64,000 nt of DNA from contig CM119265.1 in the NCBI GenBank assembly GCA_051294375.1, positions 15,042,963-15,106,962 of the forward strand, written 5' to 3'. A model generated the notes under the pieces. That model ran no database searches, had not been told where the DNA came from, and worked only from the letters and a program-made list of their open reading frames with translations. Below, in pieces: positions 42,402-55,200 of the stretch. The stretch is from Paraspadella gotoi. Taxonomy: Eukaryota; Animalia; Chaetognatha. A program made the translations under genes and the position numbers. Position 1 is the stretch's first letter. Each line of letters starts with the position of its first letter.

Positions 42402-43102
42402 ATTGAAAAACTAGTCTCATTTGTTTTTCAGTTATTTGTTTATATTAACATATTTTTTTGTTTTTCTTTGCTTAGCCTCGCTTGTTTTGGAACAGTAATG
42501 AACTCTATTATAAAAGTAAGTTATCTTTAATGAAATATTAAGTTTTTATTGCGCCGAGAGTACTCGCGGAGCAACTTTTTTCGGTCCGTCGGTCTGTCCC
42601 ACTTATATTAAAATAAAAATGTTCTTAATATGGTAACAGCCGGGTTGCCTGTGATGCCCATTGGGATGGGGCATCTCACTGTTGGCTTTGTGAATATACC
42701 GCCACAATAACTTGCTTATAATTGGTTGCTAATATGTTAAGACAGGAAATCTCAAATCTAAGTAACTGCTAGAACTGCCTTCAGGAAATCCTAAAACTAT
42801 AGAATAAGACGGAATTCCGATGCAGTGCGTGTCATAAATACACTGGCTCGGAAAGTTATTTTCTTGTGCAGGTTTCATACTAGTGTAGTCACGTGACCAC
42901 CCAAAACTACGGTCACGTGATCCCAAAGTAAATGCGTCGTATATTGTATGTCGGAAATAAATCTACAGAAAAGTGATTTTGCTTATCCATGATATTAATT
43001 GAACCTTTTCTACTGTGTTGCAGATCCTCGCCGCAAAGCTTTTGGAAACCTACGATATGTTGTAAGTAAACCATATAATTTTTTTGTGGTTAAATATTTG
43101 TT

Positions 43103-43154
43103 GTGATGAGATTTAAGGAACCTTTGACAAAATGAAAATAATATATCGTTCTGA
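43103..43154 (+). ncRNA. SNORD42: Box C/D snoRNA, U42-like
   Basis: atttaaggaacc-t-TTGA is antisense to 18S GGUUCCUUAGAU. Confidence 0.72.
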
Positions 43155-43314
43155 ATTACAATCTTCATTTTGTAGATATTACCATGTAAATTATCTATTG
43201 GTACAAGTCTCTACTTTTGATTTTTCCTAGGCTGTATTGTTGGGCTACCTGTATACATCAAGATTGATTCGAGGTGAATAAGGATACATAATTTATGAAT
43301 TTTAGATAAATAAA

Positions 43315-43366
43315 ATGATGGCTTGTGTCAGACTTTTGAAACTACTGAAACCAAATTCTTTGCTGA
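43315..43366 (+). ncRNA. Box C/D snoRNA candidate, possible 28S guide
   Basis: ATGATGG...CTGA. gtgtcagact may pair with 28S AGUCUG(G/A)CAC. Confidence 0.6.
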
Positions 43367-43753
43367 TTATAAAGAAAGAAAGAATAATTAAAGTAATTAG
43401 GCCTTTTAAGTCTAAATGGCAATTTCTGTTTTTCAGCTTTTAACGGCGTTAGGGGACATTAGTAGGACAACACAAGGACAAAACCTGGCATTAGTAAGTT
43501 TCTTTTATAAAATAGCTTCCTTATATTTTAAAAATTTTGTCGCGTTTAATATTTATATAAATTTTTAAAGCCTTTTTTTATGGTTTACTAGAATAAGTCT
43601 CAATGTTACACATTTAATATTTCCGTTGTGGAAAATTCTAAAATCCCCCAGTAAATTACGCCCGATTTCAAATATTTCAATTTGGCTTAATATTAACTAG
43701 TAACAATTTTAAGACTGGTTTAAATTAAAAAAAATTCGCGACATAGTTTCTCA

Positions 43754-43809
43754 ATGATGATCCTGGTCCGTGTTGTTGATTTTTATGAAAAAAACATTAC
43801 CACAACTGA
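43754..43809 (+). ncRNA. SNORD18: Box C/D snoRNA, second U18-like copy
   Basis: tggtccgtgtt-g-TTGA, paralog of 40572-40626. Confidence 0.82.
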
Positions 43810-44236
43810 TTTATGGTAAAAATAAAAGAATTTTACAGAATGGAAATGCATTAATAACATACTATTTTCTGTTTTGACATCAGGAAATTCGTGGCGTCAA
43901 AAAGTAATATTCGTTCGTTGATATTATCTTCGTGCAAAGTGGGTCCCGACTTACCGTAAGTTCGTTTAGCTGAAAACCTTTAAAACGTTCTGTCTTATTT
44001 CTTCATAGTCTTTGTAGGTTTCGTGATTAAAAATTTAAAAATTAATACCGGTATTATTCTTGAATAAAGACGAGTTTTGCTTCGGATTCGTTTTTTTTTT
44101 ATGAAAGGAACATTCACGATATTTAACTGTACATAAAATATCTTCGAATGCCAGGGCGAATTACTTATAAATCATTTATAAATTTTCTTAATCACGAACT
44201 CTACAATTGCTATGGCGTTATGAATTCTTAATTCAT

Positions 44237-44291
44237 ATGATGCTCACTTAGGACACCTTTGATTTGAAAATGAAAATCACCAAATATCTGA
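44237..44291 (+). ncRNA. SNORD58: Box C/D snoRNA, U58-like
   Basis: cttaggacacc-t-TTGA is antisense to 28S GGUGUCCUAAG. Confidence 0.82.
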
Positions 44292-44503
44292 TGTTTTCTG
44301 AGTTTTTTTTTTTTTTTTTGTTAATTGAACTTTCAAGGATTAAGCAATGAATTTTTTTTTAAGGCGGATTTGCAAACTACCTGACCGCTTATTTTTAATA
44401 AAATCAGCCCTGGACAACTGCAGTAGTCAACGTAACTTAAAAATATACTTCGTTAAAGTAAGTTTCCCATTTTCATAAAAGATTGTTACTTAATTGTAGT
44501 TGA

Positions 44504-44559
44504 ATGATGACATTTTAGGACACCCTTTGAAAAATATGTGTAACTACTTAATTGTCTGA
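44504..44559 (+). ncRNA. SNORD58: Box C/D snoRNA, second U58-like copy (register shifted by 1 nt)
   Basis: ttaggacacc-ct-TTGA. Confidence 0.78.
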
Positions 44560-44704
44560 AAAACTGCTGAGATAAACGTTAAAAAGTTAGTCACGATTAG
44601 AATATCCACCGGACCTCTTTTTATCCTTTAGGTACCTCGTTTGAAAGAACTTTTGGCAAGTAAGTAGAGTAATTGTGCTATTTATTTGCAAGCTCTTGTC
44701 AAAT

Positions 44705-44778
44705 ATGATGAATATCTACTGACACCTCTAGTGTAAGCAATGCAATTGGCATTCGATGAACGACTTTGAATTATCTGA
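44705..44778 (+). ncRNA. SNORD60: Box C/D snoRNA, U60/snR48-like
   Basis: ctgacacctc is antisense to 28S GAGGUGUCAG. Confidence 0.72.
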
Positions 44779-44935
44779 GTTTTATAGAACTTATAAAATG
44801 TAGAAAAACTTGATTAAACGATAAATAGGTATGTATATGAATATTTGTTTCTTAGGTACCAATTCGAGGGATTGTTCAATCGAAGGTCGAATTTGGCATC
44901 GGAATCGGTGAGTAATTTTGTTTTTGGATCAAGAT

Positions 44936-45061
44936 TACCTGCTTGAACCAACAAACAAAATAGTTTTTGCTTGTGTTGAATGCAGGTTAGATTAAAAAAG
45001 GGTCATGTGAATATTATAATTTTTTTTCGGAAAAAAAAATTTTTCGCATAGCCCTAATAAT
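44936..45061 (+). ncRNA. Candidate box H/ACA snoRNA
   Basis: Hairpin acctgc...gcaggt, H box AGATTA, second hairpin aggg..atgtgaa/ttcgcat..ccct, terminal ATA variant. Intronic. Confidence 0.45.
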
Positions 45062-45223
45062 TTTTTATTTTTTTCCTTAGTGTTGTAGCCAATCTACATT
45101 TCTAAGAAATTGGTTTGCAATTTGGATTTGAAGAATATTTACTCGGTCTTTGATGTTCTTTTTGGACTTACCAACTCCGCTCAAGTAGGCAATAAGAAAA
45201 CTTAATTGTGACTATAAAAAAGC

Positions 45224-45280
45224 ATGATGATATTTCACTGCTGTTCACAGTCTGAATATTTTGTTGATATATGAATCTGA
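45224..45280 (+). ncRNA. Box C/D snoRNA, 28S guide
   Basis: actgctgttcaca-gt-CTGA is antisense (13 nt) to 28S UGUGAACAGCAGU. Confidence 0.8.
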
Positions 45281-45432
45281 TTATCAATTTTTTTTTATTT
45301 TTAAGCGTTTACTATTTTAAAGTAGGAAAGTAATTTGTTAATTCTTTTAATTCCAGGCGAAGGTCACTCTCATCAATTGCCATGGTAAGTACGGTTGAAT
45401 TTAAGTTGAATTTGGTTGATTATTATCATAAT

Positions 45433-45490
45433 ATGATGCTTAACCATCTTTCGGGTCTGATTTAAATTGATTGACAACATTTTCAACTGA
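45433..45490 (+). ncRNA. SNORD2: Box C/D snoRNA, snR39B/SNORD2-like
   Basis: accatctttcggg-t-CTGA is antisense to 28S CCCGAAAGAUGGU. D'+5 falls on G. Confidence 0.82.
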
Positions 45491-45688
45491 AACCTTCAAT
45501 AGAAGCTGTTCTTCTTTCTTCCTGAGGCAAGAATCAAAAATAATTATAATCGTTTTTCTTTAAGGTTACTAACTGCAATCTCCATAAGATTAGAATTGCG
45601 CTCTTTCGGATATGCGTCTTTAAGTTAACCGACGACGACCGTTTGCAGGTTACTTTCTAATACGTTTAATCTATTTTTTTTTATAATC

Positions 45689-45745
45689 ATGATGCTAATC
45701 AATACCATCTTTCGTCTGAGAATTATGAAGAAAGTTTATCACTGA
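45689..45745 (+). ncRNA. SNORD51: Box C/D snoRNA, U51/snR39-like
   Basis: accatctttcg-t-CTGA. D'+5 falls on the A two nt downstream of the snR39B site. Confidence 0.8.
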
Positions 45746-45950
45746 AATCTCTTTTATTTTGATCATCTTCGAATGTTCTGTTTTTATAGTATGGCCATAG
45801 TTATTCTTTTTTTAATATTTTTAGCTTCCTGAAGGAGTGAGGGTGTAAACGTCATCGTAACCGGCAAATTCGTCCATGAAGATTTTGCGACTTACAGGTA
45901 TATGCTTAAATATGAAATATGCTTAATATTATGCTTATTTTCTATTGTAT

Positions 45951-46000
45951 ATGATGAGAAAGTTTTACCTGATCATTTGATGAGATCCCTGCAATTCTGA
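45951..46000 (+). ncRNA. SNORD96: Box C/D snoRNA, U96-like (5.8S guide)
   Basis: cctgcaatt-CTGA is antisense to 5.8S AAUUGCAGG. Confidence 0.72.
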
Positions 46001-46124
46001 TCAAGTAACAAAATCTAGTCGGCACTTTTTTTATGTTTGTGAACTTATCTTTAACTTATCTTTAACAGGAACTTTCAATTTGGAGGTAATTACACTTCTA
46101 CTGCAATCCTCTCCTCAATAAAAA

Positions 46125-46190
46125 GTGATGAGTTCATAGTTCAAATGAATGGATGCTTCAATCCTTGACGAAAAATTCGCCCCTATCTGA
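46125..46190 (+). ncRNA. SNORD80: Double-guide box C/D snoRNA, U80/snR60-like
   Basis: catagttca (28S UGAACUAUG) and ttcgcccctat-CTGA (28S AUAGGGGCGAA). Confidence 0.88.
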
Positions 46191-46355
46191 CATTATAATT
46201 AAGAACAATGTCTGGTGAGACAAGGTACCATTTATTTCTAACGGTAAAATATGGTTTCTTCAGATTAAAATTACGCCGAATAACTTCGCAATATTAACTG
46301 GATTTATTTCTTAAGGTAAGTGAACTTTTTTATGTGAATTAGTGATAATTATAAC

Positions 46356-46409
46356 GTGATGAGTTCATAGTTCAACTGTATACCTGACGAAAATTTCGCC
46401 CCTATCTGA
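46356..46409 (+). ncRNA. SNORD80: Second U80/snR60-like copy
   Basis: Same two guides as 46125-46190. Confidence 0.86.
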
Positions 46410-46550
46410 AAAATATAATTTTATTTAATTTTAAGTATATTAACGATTCGCTACTAATATTTAAATTCTTTTTTTAGGTTACAATCGAATTTACTTGAAA
46501 CTTTCTTTGGGTAAGTTTACATTATTATTTGTTTGAAAATATAAACATCT

Positions 46551-46604
46551 ATGATGAAAGTACATTTTGGGCGACTCTAATGAGCTTTTGCTTACCAAGT
46601 CTGA
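46551..46604 (+). ncRNA. Box C/D snoRNA, 28S guide candidate
   Basis: tgcttaccaag-t-CTGA is antisense to 28S UUUGGUAAGCA. Confidence 0.68.
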
Positions 46605-46749
46605 GATAAAATCGTCATATCAATAGCTTTGTATCAGAATTTTCTCCTTTAATAGTTTTTTCTCATTTACAGGGAATTAAATCTTGCGAACTCGCTCATC
46701 AAAGGTTCGTGCGTGTTACTGTCTTCAGCGTGATAACATTCGTAATTAA

Positions 46750-46799
46750 ATGATGAACAATTGGGACGTATACTGAAACATGATGTTTTTAGCATCTGA
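46750..46799 (+). ncRNA. Box C/D snoRNA, U82-like
   Basis: gggacgta-ta-CTGA is antisense to 18S UACGUCCC. Canonical C' (ATGATG) and D boxes. Confidence 0.68.
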
Positions 46800-47121
46800 A
46801 TTCAATCGTGTATGAAACCGCACTTAGTGGGCATCTACAGATTTTGATTTCAAATATTATTCTTTTAGGATCATGCCTATTCCGCTATTGGCTTTGAATT
46901 TTCTCTGACTTCACTATATGACAATACTACTTTCGGCGACAACAATCAAATTCTAAAGACTAATCTTCTGAATTATAAGCAGTCCTGTTTGTTTAAGTAA
47001 CTTCTTTTTGAAACTTTTTTTTGAATCAATTGTTTTAGACTACGGTTAGTTTCCGATCGCGTTTTTCCATTTTTTCATGGATTTCTTTTTTTTAACAGAG
47101 GGGTTAAAATAAACTAAAAAA

Positions 47122-48204
47122 ATGTTGATGCCCAAGAAGAATAGAATTGCTATTTACGAGCACCTCTTCAAGGAAGGTGTGATGGTTGCGAAAAAAGATC
47201 TATTCGCACCAAAACATCAGGTATGATTTTAAATGCTGTAACTCTGTTACAATTCCTGCGTTATTCGTACGTGGAACTTTTTAGATCCATGTATTGCGAA
47301 CGCTGGTATATGAAAATCAAAGAAGTATCTCCGATTTTATCCTTGTTTTTCCGGTTATAAATTGGTCCAATTTCTTTGAACATACACTTTTCAATCGACG
47401 GTTCAGTTTTTCGAATCATGAAGACTAAAGACTTTCTTTGCAGGAATTGGATAACGTCCCTAACCTTCACGTTATCAAAGCATGCCAATCTCTAAAGTCT
47501 AAAGGAATGGTGACGGAACAGTTCGCCTGGAGGCATTATTATTGGTGAGTGAGAACTTTCATTGTCTTTAAAGATTAGTGCATACAAATTTTTTTAGGTG
47601 TCTTGTAATCTTTTATCAGATTTCGTTTCATTTTTGATATTTAAAATTTTTGCTTTTAATTTCTTTTTTTCTCCTAAATTCAGGTACCTCACGAACGAGG
47701 GTATTCAATATCTCCGCGACTTTCTTCATCTTCCTCCGGAGATCGTTCCCTCAACCCTCAAGCGGGCGACTCGTCCCGAAGCGCGACCTCGCGCCGCCGG
47801 AGCCGACAAGCCACGCCCATCGGGACCGGGGGCGGGTGCCGGCGAACGTTCCGAATACAGGTACGTCCGAACGTGTGGAAAGAAGGAAGATAACTTCCCC
47901 ATTATGATGAATACTTAGATGACGAGTCTGAATCTCGACGGAAAAGATAGCGGTTCGACGTGTCTTACGTCAATTCGTAACGTTTTTTCTATCGAAGTTT
48001 GAAAGACGCTCACATTTCTGACTTCCTCGCGAGTTTGCATTCAACGGCGCTTGAATTTTGCATTCCCCACATATTTATTTTTTGTGTCGTTTGATTTCCA
48101 GACGAGGAGGCGGAGACAAAACCGGGGAGGCCGGTGCCGGTGCACAGAAAGACTTTGAATTCCGAGGAGGATTTGGGCGTGGGAAACCTGCCCCCTCCGA
48201 ATAA
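47122..48204 (+). CDS. RPS10: 40S ribosomal protein S10 (eS10), 4 exons
   Basis: [73 protein letters not shown] and FRGGFGRGK. Confidence 0.96.
47257..47386 (+). ncRNA. Candidate box H/ACA snoRNA (RPS10 intron 1)
   Basis: Hairpin gcgtt...aacgc, ANANNA hinge, hairpin tcaaagaa...ttctttga, then ACA-tac. Confidence 0.45.
47904..48021 (+). ncRNA. SNORD15: Long box C/D snoRNA, U15/snR75-like (RPS10 intron 3)
   Basis: ttagatgacgag-t-CTGA is antisense to 28S CUCGUCAUCUAA. Long structured insert as in U15. Confidence 0.8.
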
Positions 48205-48437
48205 GAAATAACATCACTTGTCGCCAACATCTTGGTCGATTTCAATTCGATTGATTAGTCCACGACCACCTTTGTGATTCTTTGGGCAAATAGAAAGGGC
48301 CTTGTAGTAGTAATGTTTTATTTAGTGTTTTTCTTCAAAAAGATGTTTAAATAAAACCCCATTTTCAATGTTTCTTTATTTTCATTAAATTAAAGCGAAT
48401 GATGAACATTTAGCTGTTAACTTGTGTAATACACAAA

Positions 48438-50014
<1,577 letters not shown>

Positions 50015-51264
50015 AATCGAAGGACAGCAAAAGAAACGCACACGGAACCGGTTGCAGATAGCTTTCCAACTTGACGTACGAATGGATTTTTAAAATGATT
50101 GTGAATGATATCTGGACTCGCATTTTGTCTTAACTGCTTCCAGTTTGTTGAAATTTAATAAAGTCGAATGTTTTATATGCCGCACGTTTTTATTTCACAA
50201 TGACAAAAACGGGCAGTTCTGTTAGCTTTTATATATATACTAAGAACTATGTTACTAGTTTTATTATTTCTTAATGAGTGCCAGAGCACAAAATAAGGTT
50301 AGCGGCATAAGCTCATGAAAACTACACGGTACACACAGAAGGCTAAAATGAGGTAACCGTTTTTTGTGACCAGAATCTGTTCACAAACTACCCGATCATA
50401 TTTCATGAAATTTGAATCGCTAATGACTTAGGGGTAGTTTTGGTCATGAGGGTGAGGGTAATAATTTTAAAAAGATTTTTAAATTTTTTAAAACGCCAAA
50501 ATAGTGGTCGGTGAGAGTAAAATTAAACTAAAAATTTTAACAAATAAAGAATATTCATTTATTTTAATTTAAAATAACTAAATGTTTTTTAATCAAGCAA
50601 GTGATTTGTAACTTTCATATTAATATTAATTAGGCTAGTATCCTCAGAAGAAAGTATTTTGACAAAAATATTTTATCCAAATCGATGATAGATTGTTTTG
50701 CCTCTTGGGAATTCGTTACTTTTTATTTACTTAAAATGGCGCTCAGATTTTGGAACAAGGTTGGTAAGTTTTATTTATCAACAATTGGCGAAGAGGACGG
50801 GATAAAAATGTTTACAATTAAAAACGGGGTGTGGAATTAATTATTTAATTTCGAGTTTAAAAAAAATAAAATCTTGACTTAAAAACGATTATAAACAACT
50901 CCCAACGCGGTTAAAAGCGTTGAACGCCTAGGGTCTTCAAGAGGCATAAGTTTCTCTCTCGCGAGACGTTTAAACAATAATATCGTCACATTCGAATCAA
51001 ATCTTCTCGGGAAACGGGCGAGGCAGAACCCAGATATTAACTCGTCGGCGAGTCCCACGGCCACGGTCGTGTCAAATGACGTCCGTAACTAAATTTTTAC
51101 CACGGTGCGGTCTTTGTATCCATTTAATTTTGTTTTCCTTCTTGCGTCGAGTCTCACCTTGCGCAATAATATATTTTTTTGTTCAGTAATACAAATTTTA
51201 TAAATAATAATTGTTTTAAATTTATTTTAATTATTTTTATATTTGAGGTAGAAAATGAATTGTT

Positions 51265-51510
51265 TGTTTACGTACGCGTTTTATAAAGAAACAAATTTCG
51301 GACATGTTTCAGCTTCAATGTTAGCCTTCATCAGCGGAAAAACGAATTGATTTTTGAAACAAATATTTTCATAGACTTTCTCTCTTCAAACTTCAAAGTC
51401 TGTAAAAATTTTTTTTTTCACAAATCAATTTGTTTTTGCGCTGATGGAGGTTTACATTGAAGCCGAATCATATCCGAAATTTGTTTCTTAATAAAACTAG
51501 TACGTAAACA
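51265..51510. repeat. Imperfect inverted repeat with ~95-bp arms (MITE/foldback-like)
   Basis: tgtttacgtac..aagaaacaaatttcgga..gcttcaatgt pairs with acattgaagc..tccgaaatttgtttctt..gtacgtaaaca. Confidence 0.7.
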
Positions 51511-52277
51511 TAAGGAAAAAAAAAATTTTGATTTATATTTTTTAAACGGTTAACAATTGGGTTGGTTAGGGATTAGGGTGGTAAGGGTGGTTAGGAATTT
51601 GTAATAAAAAGTTTTTCTCCTTTTACCAGTATCTTTTTTTTTTATTTTTGCGTAGTAAAATTTTTATATAAGTCGCTCATAACATAAGAAGCGAAAAAAA
51701 AGATCGCAAAATCCTGGTCGGCAAATGTATAAATAAGCCACATTTAAATTTTTCGGCTATGATTCATCTTGCCCCTGATTTTGGATAGGTTTTGGTGGTT
51801 TAAGGTAAAGATCTACTATAAAATCAAAAAGGGCAGGGGTACAAAACTTTAATCTTGATATCTATTTTCAAGTAAAGGAATTTTTTTAAATTTAATTTAA
51901 AAATTTTTTTTTTATCATCCTGAATTATTTTGATGGATTCGGATAGAGAACAAAAAGTTAAATAAAAAATGTAATTATAACTTTTAAAAATTATGTTTTT
52001 TTAGTAAAAATTTTAAAAAACTGATAAATTAATGAAAAGGTAATAATTTTTAAGTTTTTCCTATTTTTCACCCACTTATGAGCAGAACATCAAAAAAAGA
52101 ATTGTACTTTGGGTAAACAACTTTTTGCCAGCTACCCGAATCCGATCTTTAAAAATTTTTTAGCCATTTCTATCTATNNNNNNNNNNNNNNNNNNNNNNN
52201 NNNNNNNNNNNNNNNNNNNNNNNNNNNNNNNNNNNNNNNNNNNNNNNNNNNNNNNNNNNNNNNNNNNNNNNNNNNNN

Positions 52278-55200
52278 GGTTAACCAGGCAAATTCGTCCA
52301 TGGGGCCGAAAAAAGATTTGGCGACTACACGGTTATCATGCTTAAATATATGAAATATGGCTTAAATTATATTCATTGCTATTTTCTATGTATATGATGG
52401 AGAAGAAAGTTTTACCTGATCATTTGATGTAAGATCCCTTGCCCAATTTCGATCAAGTTAACACAAAAATTCTAGTCGGCCCCACTTTTTTATGTTTTTA
52501 TGTGGTGAACTTATCTTTAACTTTTATCTTTAACAGGACTCTTTTCAAATTTGGAGGTATTACACTTCTACTGCAATCCTCTCCTCAATTAAAAAGTGAT
52601 GATTCAATAGTTTCAAATGAAATGGTATGGCTTCAATCACTTTGACGAAAAAATTCAGCCCTATTCTGACATTATTAATTTAAGAACAATTGTCTGTGAG
52701 ACAAGGTACCATTTTATTTTCTACGGTATTTTTAAAATATATGGTCTTCACGATTTTAAAATTACGCCGAATAACCTTCGCACGCATATTAACTGGATTA
52801 TAAGTTGCCCTTTGTTTTTCTCTCAAAATCCTTTTTATTTCTTAGTCTTCTCTTTGACTCGGAGATGGCCGACGCGAACAGATGACAATATATGACTCAA
52901 ACGAAGCCAAAAACTCTGACAGTGAATTAAATAAACGAGATGGCATGATGGGTTCCGTTCTCCATTTCTTTTATTCTATCTCCTATATCTTCTTTTGGTC
53001 TTTTTTTTAGATATACTTTCCCGTCAAGTGTTATAGAGCAATAATTCCCCGGTCAACTACATAATGAACTTATATGGTCTTTTACTTATTTAACTCGTTA
53101 AACTTATGTTAATTTGTAATTTAAATTCCAACGTTGTTTGGAATCTATTTTTATGATTTTTTGTACATCATGACTGATGCTAAAATCTTGATAATTTTCG
53201 GTGCGCAAATCTCATGCTTCTTTCAACGCAGTTGATTTCATACGTAATTAACCCGCGCTAGAGAAATTTGTAATTGTTCGATGTGACCCAAATTGACAAA
53301 TAATCGTGCTCTCTTGGAAGTTGTCCTCAGCGTTTCTCACACTGACTTACGATCGCCTTTCTCGGAAGCTAAATCTGGGTATTAATTTAGTTAAGATTAA
53401 TCTAATTAATCTGAATTTGGGACGATAAATATTGATTCCTCTTACTTCTGTCAATTCTACATTTCATCTCGGGAGAAAAAGTTTAAATACTGTTTCAGCG
53501 TAGGACCATTATTAACATATCTGAATACCGTTTATGTGAAAAAAAATTAAAACTTAACTGTTATAATCCGAAAATATTCCTCTGATAAATTATTAATACG
53601 ATGAAATTAACCAAGTAGCCCGGTATTATTAACCGGTATCTCATGCTACTAATATTTTATTAAATTCTTTTTTTTTATGACCCTCAGTCGTTGTACTCAT
53701 ATTATAATATATCGAATCTAATTATAACTGAAACTTTTCTTCAGAGTCCTTCCTTTTGTTAAACCTATGAGAGATAAAAACTAGTTTTCATGGATTCCAC
53801 TTTCAGATAACTGGATTTTATGATATTTTGACCTTTAGTTTATTTGATATATATAATAAACATCCCTAATGGATGGAAACAGTACATCAGTTGGGGGCGA
53901 CCTGTCTAATGGGGCTTTTTGTATTATGTTTCTTACCAAGTCTGATGATAAAAATCTATATCAAGAGCTAGGGTCTGTTAAGCAGAATAAGGTTTCTCGC
54001 CGGGCTAGAAATTTAACTAGTTTTGGTTTTTTCAACTCAAGAATTTTACCTACACCGGAAGATTAAATCTTCGGCGCGAACGTTTATTTTTTTAATCCGG
54101 TTTTCGTTTCGCTTCAATTCAAAGATTGGTTCGTCGTTTTTGTTACTGTGTCTTTATAGAAATCTTTCTGGTTGTTTAAAAATGGTCGTTGTTATATACA
54201 TTCTTCGTAATTAAATGTATCAATGATAAACATACAAAAAAGTCATGAAAATCTAATTGAGGCGAATGGAAACCCCGTTAATACCCATGAAAACACATGA
54301 TGTGTCCAGTTTAAGCCCCATACTGAATTCTAATCGTGTATGAACCGCAATAATTCCCAACTATGTAATAAGTGTGTAAGCAGCAATCAATACATTTAAA
54401 TTAAATTAGATTTCAAATTTATTATTCTTTTGAGGTAGGATTCTCTCCGGAAGATGATCCTAATATGAAATTCCGCTATGGATCCTCCTCTGACACATGA
54501 TTCGGTTATCTCTGGATCTGAACTTCACCAACCATAATATGACGGAATAGATTTACTAGATCTCTGTGGCGCGACAAACAATTCAAATTCTAAAGTACGT
54601 ATATTATTGATGGCTTAACTCGAATTAAATTATAAGGCCCGACAGGTCCTGTTGAGTTTAAAGTAACTTCTTTTCTCTTGAAAAACTTTTTACGGGTATA
54701 GAGAGATCAATTGTTTTAGGACTACGGTGAGGTCTCCTGATCGTTCGATTTTGCCACTTTTAATTATTCTCTTACTGGATCCTAATTCTTTTTCTGGTGG
54801 TGTTTACAGAGGGGGTTTAAGGACGAATAAAAACTAAAAAAAATTTACGGAGCAGTCACTGCCACGTCTTAATTTAGAAATTGTGCTCAATAAATTAAAT
54901 AACTGACCCGGCAAAAGGAAACAAGAAGATAGATAATTTAGCCTCACTTATACTCTGTTTAAATGTGCACCCTCTGGCTTCATTAACAGTAATAAAAGGA
55001 AGGTGTATCTAGGGAAATACTTTTCGGCCGGGAATGAGTCTCTCGCTGCACACACAAAGATATTGCCACTCTCCAAATTCATGGCGACGGGCCTGAAAAA
55101 TACGAATTTAATATTGTGAACATTAATATTGTAACTCTGTTTACAATTTCCTGCGTATTCGTACGTATGTGATATCTATATTTTATTTAGACCATGTATT

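Larger units (their letters stand above)
40100..47050 (+). ncRNA. Non-protein-coding multi-exon snoRNA host transcript (UHG/GAS5-like)
   Basis: More than 20 GT-AG introns separate ~15-100-nt exons with no conserved ORF. Nearly every intron holds one C/D or H/ACA candidate. Ends are approximate. Confidence 0.82.
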
